A DNA stretch of 64,000 nt from assembly GCA_037440465.1 (NCBI GenBank), contig JBBIUB010000001.1, forward strand, positions 92,415 to 156,414. The letters run 5' to 3'. The notes under the pieces are model-generated. The model saw nothing but the letters and a program-made list of their open reading frames with translations. It ran no database searches and had not been told where the DNA came from. Source of the DNA: Coprothermobacterota bacterium (GTDB taxonomy: Bacteria > Coprothermobacterota > HKB111). Of this stretch, positions 17,017 through 27,060 are shown piece after piece; the stretch's first letter is position 1; every line of letters begins with the position of its first letter. A program made the translations under genes and the position numbers.

Positions 17017-18552
17017 TTGGTAAATGCTATAGAAGTAAAAAATATTACAAAAGTATTTCCAGAAGTAGTAGCAAACGATAACATTTCCTTTGAAATAAAA
17101 AAAGGTGAGATATTCGCAATTATTGGAGAAAATGGAGCTGGTAAAACAACTCTAATGAACATTCTTTATGGCTTGTACACTCCTGATAGCGGAGATGTTT
17201 ATATTGGTGGGAAGAAGATTATTCATAACTCACCGAAAAAAGCCATAGATTTAGGTGTTGGCATGGTCCACCAACATTTTATGCTTATTCCAAAATTTTC
17301 AGTCACAGACAATATTGTATTGGGACAAGAATTTACTGTAAATGGTCTTGTATTAGATCAAAAAAAATCAATTCAAAGCGTAAGAGAAATATCTGAGAAA
17401 TATAAATTAAAAGTTGACCCTGAGGAGAAAGTAGAAAATCTTTCAGTTGGTGTACAACAACGAGTTGAGATACTTAAAGTCCTCTTCAGAGGAGCAGTTA
17501 TTCTTATTCTGGATGAACCCACAGCAGTTCTTACTCCTCAAGAGTCAAGGGAGCTCTTTGATACCATTAGAGCATTAAAGGAGCAAGGTAAAACAGTCAT
17601 ATTTATTTCTCACAAACTAAAAGAGGTTCTGGAAATAGCAGACAGAATTGCTGTTTTGAAAAATGGAAGAGTTGTGGGAATCAAAGGAAAGGAAGAAACA
17701 AGTGAAAAGGATTTAGCAAGAATGATGGTAGGGAGAGATGTTATATTTGAATCTCCAAAAAAGTATGCTGAACCCGGTGAAGTAACTTTAGCAGTTGAAA
17801 ACATTACTATCATTGGAGATAAAGGAATACCTACTGTCAAAAACATCTCATTTAAATTAAGAAAAAGTGAAATCCTTGGAATCGCTGGAATAGAAGGTAA
17901 TGGGCAGGCTGAACTGGTCGAAGCTTTGACAGGTCTTCGTCCGATTGAGTCAGGGACAATAAAAATAAATGACCAGGTCATAGAAGAGTTTACTCCCTGG
18001 AATATCAGGAAGAAAGGGGTAGCTCATATCCCTGAAGATAGAAGGAAAAGAGGTCTAATATTACCCTTTACTGTTTCATACAACCTAATTCTTGGAAGGC
18101 AGAGAGAAAAGAATTTTTCGAGAAGTATCTTACTTAATAATTCAGGTATATCTAAATATTCTGAAGGTAAAATTGATGAGTTTGATATTAGGCCAAGAAA
18201 TAAAAACCTAAAAACAGAATCCCTGTCAGGTGGTAATCAACAAAAGATAATCGTAGCAAGAGAAATATCTTATAATCCTGAAATACTTATCGCTTCCCAG
18301 CCCACAAGAGGACTCGATGTAGGTGCTATAGAATTTGTTCATAAAAGGCTCGTGGATCAAAGAGAATTTGGAAAGGCAATTCTCCTGATTTCTTTAGAGC
18401 TTGAAGAAATAATGATGTTATCAGATAGAATTGCAGTTATTTATAACGGTGAGTTCGTGGGAATTCTCAATAGAAATGAAGCATCAGAAGAAGAAATAGG
18501 CTTATTGATGTTAGGAGCTAAAAGGCAACCTAAAGAGGAGATGAGAGTATGA
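17017..18552 (+). CDS. ABC transporter ATP-binding protein with two fused ATPase domains (sugar/nucleoside importer type)
   Basis: Two Walker A / LSGG / Walker B sets (GENGAGKTT...LSVGVQQR...ILDEPT, and LSGGNQQK... in the second half). TTG at 17017 lies 6 nt after GGAGGTG. The ORF-track GTG at 16975 falls inside the terminator hairpin. Confidence 0.88.
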   Translation: MVNAIEVKNITKVFPEVVANDNISFEIKKGEIFAIIGENGAGKTTLMNILYGLYTPDSGDVYIGGKKIIHNSPKKAIDLGVGMVHQHFMLIPKFSVTDNIVLGQEFTVNGLVLDQKKSIQSVREISEKYKLKVDPEEKVENLSVGVQQRVEILKVLFRGAVILILDEPTAVLTPQESRELFDTIRALKEQGKTVIFISHKLKEVLEIADRIAVLKNGRVVGIKGKEETSEKDLARMMVGRDVIFESPKKYAEPGEVTLAVENITIIGDKGIPTVKNISFKLRKSEILGIAGIEGNGQAELVEALTGLRPIESGTIKINDQVIEEFTPWNIRKKGVAHIPEDRRKRGLILPFTVSYNLILGRQREKNFSRSILLNNSGISKYSEGKIDEFDIRPRNKNLKTESLSGGNQQKIIVAREISYNPEILIASQPTRGLDVGAIEFVHKRLVDQREFGKAILLISLELEEIMMLSDRIAVIYNGEFVGILNRNEASEEEIGLLMLGAKRQPKEEMRV

Positions 18553-19685
18553 ATGAACTATTACATTGGTGGAATAGAAAAAGGGAGAATGTCCTGGATT
18601 TTGCTGTACCCATAATGGCAATATTAACGGGGTTTTTTGTAGCTGCTATTTTAATAAAAGCTACTGGAAAAAGCCCTATAGATGCATATAGGCTATTAAT
18701 TCAAGGCGCTTTTGGGAGAACCTTCCAGGAATTACTATCCTTAAGGTTAGCTGGTGAAGGGTTGTTGAAGGGAGGGATTCTTGCTCTAACTGGACTCTCA
18801 GTAGCTGTAGCTTTTAAATCCGGTTTATTTAATATCGGAGCTGAAGGGCAGTTCATAGTAGGTTCTATTACTGCAGCATTTTTGGGCTTTAAATTACATT
18901 TCCCACCTTGGATAAATATCCCTATTATTCTCCTGGCTGTAATACTCACATCTGGATTATATGGAGCTTTAGCTGGTTATCTTAAAGTAAAAAAAGGTGT
19001 TCATGAAGTTATAACAACCATTATGTTGAACTGGACAGCGGTTCACCTCATAGAAAATTGGATAGTTGTTGGACCCTTCAATATCTTAAGATATTATCCC
19101 AGAGCAATCCGAGCGGGGACTCCTTATGTTCAGGATAATTCTCGCTTGTTTCCTCTTTTTGAGGGTACAAGATTGAACGCCACAATTTTTATTGCTATTA
19201 TAGCTGTAATAGTGGTTTACTATCTATTAAACAAGACCGTCACTGGTTACGAAATACAGGCAACTGGAAAAAATCCAGAAGCAGCGAGATATTCGGGTAT
19301 AAAAACAGGAAAATCAATGATATTAGCAATGTTTATCTCTGGAGCTCTTGCTGGATTAGCCGGAGCATGTATGATACTCGGCACAGAAAAACAGTACCCT
19401 GGCGTATTCAGACCTGGTTATGGATTTGATGGAATTGCTATGGCTTTAATCGGAGCTACATCTCCAATTGGAACCTTTGCAACATCTCTTTTCTTTGGTT
19501 TTCTACGATCAGGAGCTACAAGCATGCAGCTTATTGGAATCCATAAAACATTTGCAGATATTATCCAGGGTACAGCAACCCTTTTTGTTGCCAGTCAGCT
19601 GGCAATAAGATATTTGATTATGAGGTTAGAAAAACGTAGAAAACCTGAGGTTAAAGAGATTATAAAAAGCGAGGTGCCCAAATGA
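18549..19685 (+). CDS. ABC transporter permease (BMP/ribose-type, subunit 1)
   Basis: 378 aa polytopic membrane protein, 4-nt overlap with the ATPase gene. Typical FNIGAEGQ block. Confidence 0.85.
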   Translation: MNELLHWWNRKRENVLDFAVPIMAILTGFFVAAILIKATGKSPIDAYRLLIQGAFGRTFQELLSLRLAGEGLLKGGILALTGLSVAVAFKSGLFNIGAEGQFIVGSITAAFLGFKLHFPPWINIPIILLAVILTSGLYGALAGYLKVKKGVHEVITTIMLNWTAVHLIENWIVVGPFNILRYYPRAIRAGTPYVQDNSRLFPLFEGTRLNATIFIAIIAVIVVYYLLNKTVTGYEIQATGKNPEAARYSGIKTGKSMILAMFISGALAGLAGACMILGTEKQYPGVFRPGYGFDGIAMALIGATSPIGTFATSLFFGFLRSGATSMQLIGIHKTFADIIQGTATLFVASQLAIRYLIMRLEKRRKPEVKEIIKSEVPK

Positions 19686-20632
19686 GTATAATACAGATAA
19701 TCATTTCTGTAATCTCTTCACTTCTAAAATTTGGGACACCCTTAATTTTAGCTGGCTTGGGTGGAGTGATTACTGAAAATGCAGGAGTTGTAAATATTGC
19801 TCTTGAAGGAATGATGCGGATAGGTGGATTTTTTGCTGTCTTTGGTTCTTATTTAACAGGAAATCCCTGGTATGGTTTAATATTAGGACTAATTGCTGGA
19901 GCTATAGCTGGATTACTCCATGCATATATTTCTGTTTCTCTTAAAGGAAATCAGATTGTAAGCGGAGTGGCCATAAACATATTCGCTCTTGGAGGAATTA
20001 CATTTTTTTTGGAGAGATACTTTAACACAACTGGTCATTCACCTTCAGTTAATTCCTTTATAGACAAACCACTTTTCCCAATATTAGTTAAAATACCTGT
20101 TATAGGAGAAATATTTTCTGTTATGAACATATTTGTTTTTCTGGCAATAACACTTCCCTTCATAATTCACTTCTATCTTTATAGAACTTCCTGGGGGTTA
20201 AGACATCGTTCAGTTGGCGAAAATCCTAAGGCTGCTGATACTATGGGAATAAATGTATATCTTGTCAGGTATATCGCAGTTATTATCTCTGGAGCACTGG
20301 CAGGTTTATCCGGAGCATCTATTTCTATCGGTCAGTTAAGCCTTTTTGATAACCATATGCCTGCTGGCCTTGGTTTTATTGCCCTTGCAGCAATGATTTT
20401 TGGAAAATGGAAACCCATCGGCACTCTAATTGCTGCTTTTTTCTTTACCATGGCTACTGTGGCTCAGATATATATCCAGACACTTGCTCCTCACATTCTT
20501 AAAATAATACCCAGAGGCTTTTTCTTAGCTTTTCCATATATTCTCACCATATTAATCCTTGCTGGTTTTGTTGGAAGAGCAGTAGCACCAGCTGCTGATG
20601 GTGTTCCATATGAGAAGGGAGAAAAACTCTAA
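19682..20632 (+). CDS. ABC transporter permease (BMP/ribose-type, subunit 2)
   Basis: 316 aa polytopic membrane protein, 4-nt overlap with the preceding permease. NIALEGMM block. Confidence 0.85.
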   Translation: MSIIQIIISVISSLLKFGTPLILAGLGGVITENAGVVNIALEGMMRIGGFFAVFGSYLTGNPWYGLILGLIAGAIAGLLHAYISVSLKGNQIVSGVAINIFALGGITFFLERYFNTTGHSPSVNSFIDKPLFPILVKIPVIGEIFSVMNIFVFLAITLPFIIHFYLYRTSWGLRHRSVGENPKAADTMGINVYLVRYIAVIISGALAGLSGASISIGQLSLFDNHMPAGLGFIALAAMIFGKWKPIGTLIAAFFFTMATVAQIYIQTLAPHILKIIPRGFFLAFPYILTILILAGFVGRAVAPAADGVPYEKGEKL

Positions 20633-21012
20633 AGAGAGGTTGTAAACTCTTGGTATTTTTCAAAAGATAAAAGCTCTTCTATCTTTTCTGATTCTGAGGG
20701 CTTTATTTTTGCTATCCACCCATCTTCATAAGGGCTTTGGTTTATATATTCGGGGTTTTCAGGCAAGGAATTATTAATATCTACAACTTCTCCGTCCAAT
20801 GGCATGTAAACTTCGCTAGCAGACTTAACTGACTCAACAACAGCTAATACATCTCCTGTTTTTAACAGTTTTCCAACTTGGGGTAATTCAACAAAAAGAA
20901 TATCACCTAATTGCCTCTGAGCATAATCTGATATTCCTACATTAAAAAACCCTTCTTCTTTAGGGCAAATCCATGTATGATCCTTAGTAAACCTTAAACT
21001 TGATTCATCCAT
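20629..21012 (-). CDS. gcvH: Glycine cleavage system H protein-like lipoyl carrier
   Basis: 127 aa. FTKDHTWI...GISDYAQ...VESVKSASEVYMPLDGEV with the lipoyl-lysine motif. Confidence 0.85.
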   Translation of the reverse strand: MDESSLRFTKDHTWICPKEEGFFNVGISDYAQRQLGDILFVELPQVGKLLKTGDVLAVVESVKSASEVYMPLDGEVVDINNSLPENPEYINQSPYEDGWIAKIKPSESEKIEELLSFEKYQEFTTSL

Positions 21013-21647
21013 TTTTCTTTCTCCTTCATTAAAATATTTAATATTTCTTCTTCACTTACTGGATAAAACTCATTATAGAACTCCCCCACAGCATAGAAAA
21101 TATCTGGTACATGAAGAATAATTACATCTGAGGCTTTTATTTTAAGCCTTTCTACTGACTCTCTTGAACTAACCGGCGCTGCAACTATCACTTCAGAAGC
21201 TCCTTCACGAAGTAAATAATGGAGAGCTGCCTCTACAGATAACCCCGTAGCAAGACCATCATCTATAAGAAGAACTTTCTTATTTTTAACTTCTCTCTTC
21301 ACCAAGACTTTTCTGTAAGTTTTATCACGTTCCTTTAGTTCTCTATGGAAATTAGATGCTGTTTTTGTTAAATAATCGCTGGGTAACTGAGCTATAACAT
21401 ATTCATCTTTTCCTTTGAAAATTTCCCCATCTAAAGTTACAATAGCTATTGCATACTCGGGATTACCTGGTGGTCCAATTTTTTTTACCAAAACAAAATC
21501 CAGTGGTATTCTCATATTATCTGCTACTACGCTGGCTACTACCAATCCACCTCGAGGGAGTCCAATAATCAGGTCAGCTTGAAACTCCATTTTAGATAAG
21601 TATTTATCTAAAAGTTCCCCAGCTTCGTTACGATTCTGATATCTCAT
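20994..21647 (-). CDS. Phosphoribosyltransferase-domain protein (COG1926-like)
   Basis: 217 aa. IGLPRGG and PRPP loop VLLIDDGLATGLS. Overlaps gcvH by 19 nt and the bactofilin gene by 20 nt. Confidence 0.7.
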   Translation of the reverse strand: MRYQNRNEAGELLDKYLSKMEFQADLIIGLPRGGLVVASVVADNMRIPLDFVLVKKIGPPGNPEYAIAIVTLDGEIFKGKDEYVIAQLPSDYLTKTASNFHRELKERDKTYRKVLVKREVKNKKVLLIDDGLATGLSVEAALHYLLREGASEVIVAAPVSSRESVERLKIKASDVIILHVPDIFYAVGEFYNEFYPVSEEEILNILMKEKEKWMNQV

Positions 21648-22008
21648 CTGACTTAATATCTACTTTACCTTTTAAAACTGCACCATCCTGCAATTCTACA
21701 CGAGCAGCAGATATATTACCCTTAATATGAGCAGAACTTAAAAGTTCTACTTTTTCAGTACAATTGATATCGCCTTCAACTTTTCCTAATACACTCAAAT
21801 TAGTAGAAGTGATATTACCTCTAACAACACCTTTCTTGCCAATCACTACCAATGATTCTATCTTTATTTCCCCTTCTACTACTCCATCTATTCTTAATCC
21901 ATCTTTTCCTTCAAGATTTCCAATTACCTTGCTGCTTTCTCCAATGATTGTTCCAATAGCGGCTTCTTCTATCTTTTTGACTTTTTCTTTACTTCCAAAA
22001 ATTGGCAT
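21628..22008 (-). CDS. Bactofilin-family cytoskeletal protein
   Basis: 126 aa. Repetitive beta-helix pattern (G.I.G.L.V.G.V.G.I...) typical of the DUF583/bactofilin core. Confidence 0.8.
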   Translation of the reverse strand: MPIFGSKEKVKKIEEAAIGTIIGESSKVIGNLEGKDGLRIDGVVEGEIKIESLVVIGKKGVVRGNITSTNLSVLGKVEGDINCTEKVELLSSAHIKGNISAARVELQDGAVLKGKVDIKSDEISES

Positions 22009-22039
22009 ATTAATAACCTCTTAAATAATTATTAATAAA

Positions 22040-22954
22040 TTATGGCAAATATGGTAAGGGATCAATAGATGCTCCCTTATAACGAACTTCATAATGGAGA
22101 TGAGACCCAGTTGTAATACCGCTTGTGCCAACATAACCAATGATTTGTCCTTTTGTGACTTCCTGACCTTTTTTTACTATAGCCTTGCTCAAATGAGCAT
22201 ATAGAGTAGAAATTCCATCCCTGTGATATACTGTCACAGTCTTCCCCAGGCTACCAGAATATCCAACTTCTGTTACTTTCCCATCAGCAGAAACTCTAAT
22301 TCCAGTCCCATAAGAAGCAAGAATATCAATACCTCTATGGAAATCTCTACCTTTCCATACAGGGTGCCTTCTCCAGCCAAAATAAGATACAATAGGACCT
22401 AAGACAGGATAAATATCAGGTGTTTTTTGTTTTAATTCTTTAAATATGTCTGTTGCTTCCTGCAATGCTGTAAGAGTTTCAGCTGTACTTCTAGCATCAA
22501 GATTAAGCTGAGTCAATGATTCCGAAATGGAAAGAAATTCATCGTTAGCATTTCTACTCACTGACCATATATTTGAATCTCTACCTGCAAGAAGATCATC
22601 AAGAGATACTTTAGTGGGACCTAATTTTAGGGATTCCCTTACCTCTTCTTCAATTTGTCCAAGATATGTTAAATAATTTTTTATTACCTCACTCTCTTCT
22701 TTAACACTCATCAAGAGGTTGTTCAATTGCCTATTATGGGATTGAACCTTTTTGAGAGTCTGCCAAGATTCCTGTCTAAGGTGACGCTCACTCAAGTAAA
22801 GGGGCAAAAGAGTTAGAGTAGAAAGGATACCTATTACCCAGAGTGAAATCAGTCCAAGGAGTATATCTTTTAAAACCCTTTTTCTAACTGAAAACCTAAA
22901 TGATTTCCCTTCCTGGTGAGGAATAATGTATATTGTAAATTTATCTTCTTTCAT
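22040..22954 (-). CDS. Membrane-anchored M23 (LytM-type) metallopeptidase
   Basis: 304 aa. N-terminal TM segment, coiled region, and C-terminal HRGIDI...GTSGITTGSHLHYEV (HxxxD ... HxH). Confidence 0.8.
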   Translation of the reverse strand: MKEDKFTIYIIPHQEGKSFRFSVRKRVLKDILLGLISLWVIGILSTLTLLPLYLSERHLRQESWQTLKKVQSHNRQLNNLLMSVKEESEVIKNYLTYLGQIEEEVRESLKLGPTKVSLDDLLAGRDSNIWSVSRNANDEFLSISESLTQLNLDARSTAETLTALQEATDIFKELKQKTPDIYPVLGPIVSYFGWRRHPVWKGRDFHRGIDILASYGTGIRVSADGKVTEVGYSGSLGKTVTVYHRDGISTLYAHLSKAIVKKGQEVTKGQIIGYVGTSGITTGSHLHYEVRYKGASIDPLPYLP

Positions 22955-23426
22955 CCCTTAATTTATTCCAGGTTTCTTTTAACATATTCTCTTCTTCCTC
23001 AGAAATAGGAGATTGTGGTACTCCTGAATCTATCTCCCTCATAAATACTCTACTTCCATCACGACTACTCATTACAGTTATCACAAAACCATCGCCATTC
23101 TTATTTATAACGCCTAAGGAGTAGCCAAGACCATTTACTGCATCACCAAAAGGTTTAAATCTGGTAAATCCAACCCCTTTTAGACTCATTTCATCAGACT
23201 TAACAAGTCCTTTTACTGATTTCTCAACTTCTTCCAGTTTTTTTATATATTGGTCTAAATTCTTAACCTGTCGACTATTACGCTGGTAAACTTGGAATAT
23301 TCTAATTAAAAAATATAAAGTTGTCAGTGCAATAAAAAAAGCAATAATAGATATTAATATAAGCCTCTCAAACCCAACTTCTTTAATATCTGATAGGAAC
23401 AACGTATTTAACATAACATTCTCCAT
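22941..23426 (-). CDS. DUF4446-like membrane-anchored protein
   Basis: 161 aa. One N-terminal TM helix. The block GFTRFKPFGDAVNGLGYSLGVINKNGDGFVITVMSSRDGSRVF...ISEEE resembles my recollection of the DUF4446 family. Confidence 0.55.
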   Translation of the reverse strand: MENVMLNTLFLSDIKEVGFERLILISIIAFFIALTTLYFLIRIFQVYQRNSRQVKNLDQYIKKLEEVEKSVKGLVKSDEMSLKGVGFTRFKPFGDAVNGLGYSLGVINKNGDGFVITVMSSRDGSRVFMREIDSGVPQSPISEEEENMLKETWNKLRDERR

Positions 23427-23432
23427 TTCATA

Positions 23433-23469
23433 AAAGGGCGTTGTAAGTTAATTACTCACAACGCCCTTT
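23433..23469 (-). terminator. Intrinsic terminator after the HU gene
   Basis: Perfect 12-bp stem AAAGGGCGTTGT (23433-23444) / ACAACGCCCTTT (23458-23469). On the minus strand it is followed by TTTTAT. Confidence 0.65.
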
Positions 23470-23480
23470 AATTAACAATT

Positions 23481-23768
23481 CTAACCCATTGCAACAGATT
23501 TCCTAAGTTCCTTACCTGCTCTGAAAACTGGAACCTTTTTAGCTGGAATTTTGATACGAACTTTTTCTTTGGCTTTTCTGGGATGAACTCCCATTCGAGC
23601 TGCTCTTGTGCGAACATCAAAGGTACCAAAACCCACTATCTTAACTGGTTCTCCTTGTGCATTGCTATCAAGAATAGAATCAAAAACAGCGTTAATAACA
23701 CCAGCTGCGACTTTTTTAGTTACGCCAGCTTTCTCTGCTACTACATTAATTAATTCGGGCTTATTCAC
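23481..23768 (-). CDS. hup: HU-family nucleoid DNA-binding protein
   Basis: 95 aa. MNKPELINVVAEKAGVTKK...GFGTF...RNPRTG-like arm (ARMGVHPRKAKEKVRIPAKKVPVFRAGKELR). GTG start 7 nt after GGAGGTGA. Confidence 0.9.
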   Translation of the reverse strand: MNKPELINVVAEKAGVTKKVAAGVINAVFDSILDSNAQGEPVKIVGFGTFDVRTRAARMGVHPRKAKEKVRIKIPAKKVPVFRAGKELRKSVAMG

Positions 23769-23822
23769 TTACATATCACCTCCTTTCTTTAATATTTACA
23801 CAAATGGAGTATACAAGAATAA

Positions 23823-24974
23823 TTATAAATTGTCAAGATATTTTAAGGTTTCTTCTAAATATTTTTCATCATTTGAGTTGGCTGGTAATTCAAAGTCAGG
23901 AATTAAACCCTTGTCATTTATAAATCTACCTGATGGTAACTTATATTTTGCAATGGTGAGTTTTAAAGCGGTACCATCTTTTAAATTCCAAACTCTTTGA
24001 ACCGAACCTTTTCCAAATGTTTTTCTCCCAATAAGAATAGCAGCATCATGGTCCTGTAAAGCTCCTGCTATAATCTCAGAAGCACTGGCAGTACCTTCAT
24101 CAATCCATACAGAAAGTGGTAATTTGTACCGTGGATCTGTTCCTTTATAAGTTTGAGATCTGCCATCGTTATCAACTATAGAAACAATCTCACCTTTTAT
24201 AAATAATTTTGCGACATCTACTGCTGGTTCGAGAAGTCCGCCAGGATTTTTTCTAAGATCAATAACAAAGCCTTTTGACCCCAATTTGACTAAATTAGAA
24301 ATAGCTTTTTCAACATCATCCGGGGTAACCTCATTAAATAAAGAAATCTTTAAATAACCAAGTGTTTTATTGAGCATCTTAGATTCAACTGTAATTATCT
24401 TTATTATCTGCCGGATAAGATTCACTTCATAAGCAGAATCTCCCCTTTTAAATTCTATTTGAACTTTAGTATCTGGGTTACCTCTAATCATACCCGCTAC
24501 CCTTTCAAGTGTAAACCCTTCTACATTTATTCCATCAACCTTTATTACAATATCTCCAGATTGAACCCCTGCTCTTGAAGCAGGAGTATCAGGAAAAGGT
24601 GCAATTACTATTTTATTACTTTCTTTTAAACCGAGCTGTATTCCAACTCCCCCATAAAAACCTCTGGCTTCATCTTTAAGATGCTTATAATCTTCTTCTT
24701 CCAGTGTATAGGAGTATGGATCACCTAAAGATTGAACAATACCTGAAAGTAAGCCTTTAAATATTTTTGTCCAATCAAATTCATTTTTAAAATATGACTC
24801 TTTCTCTATTAGATTTATTGTATCTTTTAGAACACTTTTTTGCTCCTGGCTTAGCGGTAAAATTTCCTTTGAAATAACAGGAACAAAGTATCTACCGGTT
24901 AGGTATCCCCCCGAAAAGAGGATAAGACCAATAGCAATAAATACAATATACTTTTTAAACTTATCCAAATTCAT
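23823..24974 (-). CDS. S41 family C-terminal processing peptidase (Ctp)
   Basis: 383 aa. N-terminal anchor, PDZ block (GVQSGDIVIKVDG), and DLRKNPGG...GTASASEI...GRKTFGKG catalytic Ser/Lys blocks. Confidence 0.85.
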   Translation of the reverse strand: MNLDKFKKYIVFIAIGLILFSGGYLTGRYFVPVISKEILPLSQEQKSVLKDTINLIEKESYFKNEFDWTKIFKGLLSGIVQSLGDPYSYTLEEEDYKHLKDEARGFYGGVGIQLGLKESNKIVIAPFPDTPASRAGVQSGDIVIKVDGINVEGFTLERVAGMIRGNPDTKVQIEFKRGDSAYEVNLIRQIIKIITVESKMLNKTLGYLKISLFNEVTPDDVEKAISNLVKLGSKGFVIDLRKNPGGLLEPAVDVAKLFIKGEIVSIVDNDGRSQTYKGTDPRYKLPLSVWIDEGTASASEIIAGALQDHDAAILIGRKTFGKGSVQRVWNLKDGTALKLTIAKYKLPSGRFINDKGLIPDFELPANSNDEKYLEETLKYLDNL

Positions 24975-24993
24975 TCTCCTTATTATTAAATAA

Positions 24994-26148
24994 CTAAGGT
25001 AGCCACTTTTGAGGATCTACATGCACTCCGTTTATAATAATTTCAAAATGAAGGTGAGGACCTGTAGAATACCCTGTGCTACCACATAGACCAATTATTG
25101 TGCCTTGTTCAACCCATTGACCTTTACTTACTAAAATCTTACTAAAATGAGCATATCTTGTAGCAATACCATCTCCATGATATATTAGCACGGTTAAACC
25201 ATAGAAGGCACGCCAACCTGTGAAAACAACTTCTCCACTCCTGGAAGCAATTATTGGAGTACCGGTCGGAGCTGCAATATCAATACCCCAATGTCTTCCT
25301 AGGTACTTTCTCCAAACTCCAAAAGGTGAGGTTATTCTCCCTATTAAGGGCCAAATAAAACCTTCACCTGAACGAGATGCTGTAGAAGTGCCTTTCTTTT
25401 TTCTTTCTTCCTCCAGTTTCTTTAATAATGATTGAATTTCTCTTTGTTCTTTAAATATCTGAGCCTTAAGCTCTGCAGATCGCTTTGCGTAATCCTCTTT
25501 TTCAGATTGAACATCCTCCAATAATGACTCTTTTTGAGAAACAGCTCTATTTAAATCCTTTTTCTTTTGAGATAAATCATCTTTTAGTTTAGCTACTCCC
25601 TCAAGCTTCACAACTAAATCTTCTTTTTTACTTGTCAGCTCTTTATGCTTAATCCGACTTTCTTCAAGAAGGTTCTTATCCGAAGAAAAAATGAATCCAA
25701 AATGTTTACTATATTTGCTTAAGTCGGTAAGGTTATTCTCGCCATTAAAATAAAATATCAGTACTCCACCTCTCAAAATACGTTCAAGATGAACTAACCT
25801 TTTTTTTATCTTTTCTAAATGATCTTTTATAGCTAACTCTAATCTCATTATCTCTTTTTCTGTTTTTCTTGTCTCTTTTTCAAGGGTACTCAATCTGTTT
25901 TCAAGATATTTTATATCTTTTTCTCTACTCTCAATCTCTCGGTCTAATTTCTGAATCTCCTTAAAAAGATTTTTTTCCTTGGTAGCTAATTTACTAACAA
26001 TTTGATTTACAGAATTTAAAGTTTTTTGTAATAGAGTAAGTTTATCTTGCTTAGTTTTAATATCTTTCTGAGTTTCACTAAAAGCTAATTCAGACATAGA
26101 AAAAATAATAATTATTATTAAAAATAATGCGATAATTCTTTTAATCAT
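24994..26148 (-). CDS. EnvC-like coiled-coil M23 peptidase (FtsEX partner type)
   Basis: 384 aa. Signal sequence, about 230 aa of heptad-rich coiled coil, and C-terminal HWGIDI...GSTGYSTGPHLHFEI. Immediately downstream of ftsX. Confidence 0.8.
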   Translation of the reverse strand: MIKRIIALFLIIIIIFSMSELAFSETQKDIKTKQDKLTLLQKTLNSVNQIVSKLATKEKNLFKEIQKLDREIESREKDIKYLENRLSTLEKETRKTEKEIMRLELAIKDHLEKIKKRLVHLERILRGGVLIFYFNGENNLTDLSKYSKHFGFIFSSDKNLLEESRIKHKELTSKKEDLVVKLEGVAKLKDDLSQKKKDLNRAVSQKESLLEDVQSEKEDYAKRSAELKAQIFKEQREIQSLLKKLEEERKKKGTSTASRSGEGFIWPLIGRITSPFGVWRKYLGRHWGIDIAAPTGTPIIASRSGEVVFTGWRAFYGLTVLIYHGDGIATRYAHFSKILVSKGQWVEQGTIIGLCGSTGYSTGPHLHFEIIINGVHVDPQKWLP

Positions 26149-27060
26149 TTAGGCTTCCCTCAAATATCTTTGAGTAGCAAACAGGGCTCCCAGGGCGCCA
26201 ATAAAAGCACCAATGATAATAAGGCTAACCCATAGGTACCACCAGTTACCAAGAGCAAAATTACCAAGTGGGTTTAATAACCTGAGCATATCATGTAAAA
26301 ATTTCTTAAGAGTTGGATGAAAAATTATTAAGATTGTTAGAGCTACTGCTCCCCCTAAAAACCCATATAAAAGACCTTCTAATATAAATGGTCTCTTAAT
26401 ATAGCCTGGTGGTGCTCCCACCAAATACATAACCAGCACTTCCTCCTTTCTATTTCTTATTGCCAGACCAACGGTTAATGATATAAGGATAGTAGCAAAT
26501 ATTGTAAATAAAGTAAAGACCAATCCACCTATTAGCCTGACCATAGAAAGTAAATTACTTACTCTTGAAATGGCTTCACCCATATTTAATATCTCTGTTA
26601 TGATGGGAATTTCTCTTAAGAGAGTAATAATTTTAGGAGCATCTTCAAGATAGTTTAAAGTGATTTCTACGGAATAAGGAATTGGGTTTTCATCCAAAGA
26701 TAGAATTATTGCTCCTTCTTCTCCAAGTACAGCAGCTAATTGATTTAACGCTTCCTGGGGAGTTATAAGCTCAGCAGACTTAACCTCAGGTCTCTTCTTG
26801 ATAAAATCAAGCATGCCATCCATAGCTTCTTCTAAAGTATTTTTCTCAATGTAAGCCACAATAGAAATCTGTGACTGTAAATGATAGACAACCTCCCTAA
26901 AAACAAGGATGGTAACAACAGAAACAAAGAGAACAGTTAGAGCTATTGCTATCGAAAAAGTTGCAGCCAGAGTTACATATATATTCCTATACAAGCCTTT
27001 AGTAGCCTGCTTAAATGCTCTTAACCATCCAGTAATTAGTAGAAGGTGGTTATCTTTCAC
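26149..27060 (-). CDS. ftsX: Cell-division ABC transporter permease-like protein FtsX
   Basis: 303 aa. Four TM segments with a large first extracytoplasmic loop. 11-nt overlap with ftsE. Confidence 0.85.
   Translation of the reverse strand: MKDNHLLLITGWLRAFKQATKGLYRNIYVTLAATFSIAIALTVLFVSVVTILVFREVVYHLQSQISIVAYIEKNTLEEAMDGMLDFIKKRPEVKSAELITPQEALNQLAAVLGEEGAIILSLDENPIPYSVEITLNYLEDAPKIITLLREIPIITEILNMGEAISRVSNLLSMVRLIGGLVFTLFTIFATILISLTVGLAIRNRKEEVLVMYLVGAPPGYIKRPFILEGLLYGFLGGAVALTILIIFHPTLKKFLHDMLRLLNPLGNFALGNWWYLWVSLIIIGAFIGALGALFATQRYLREA

Noticed and set aside
20629-20632. Convergent genes (ABC permease and gcvH) with overlapping stop codons, as a possible regulatory antisense overlap.
   Set aside because: The overlap is only 4 nt and is compatible with simple genome compaction. 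It is mentioned under the bactofilin-module finding but is not a feature in its own right.
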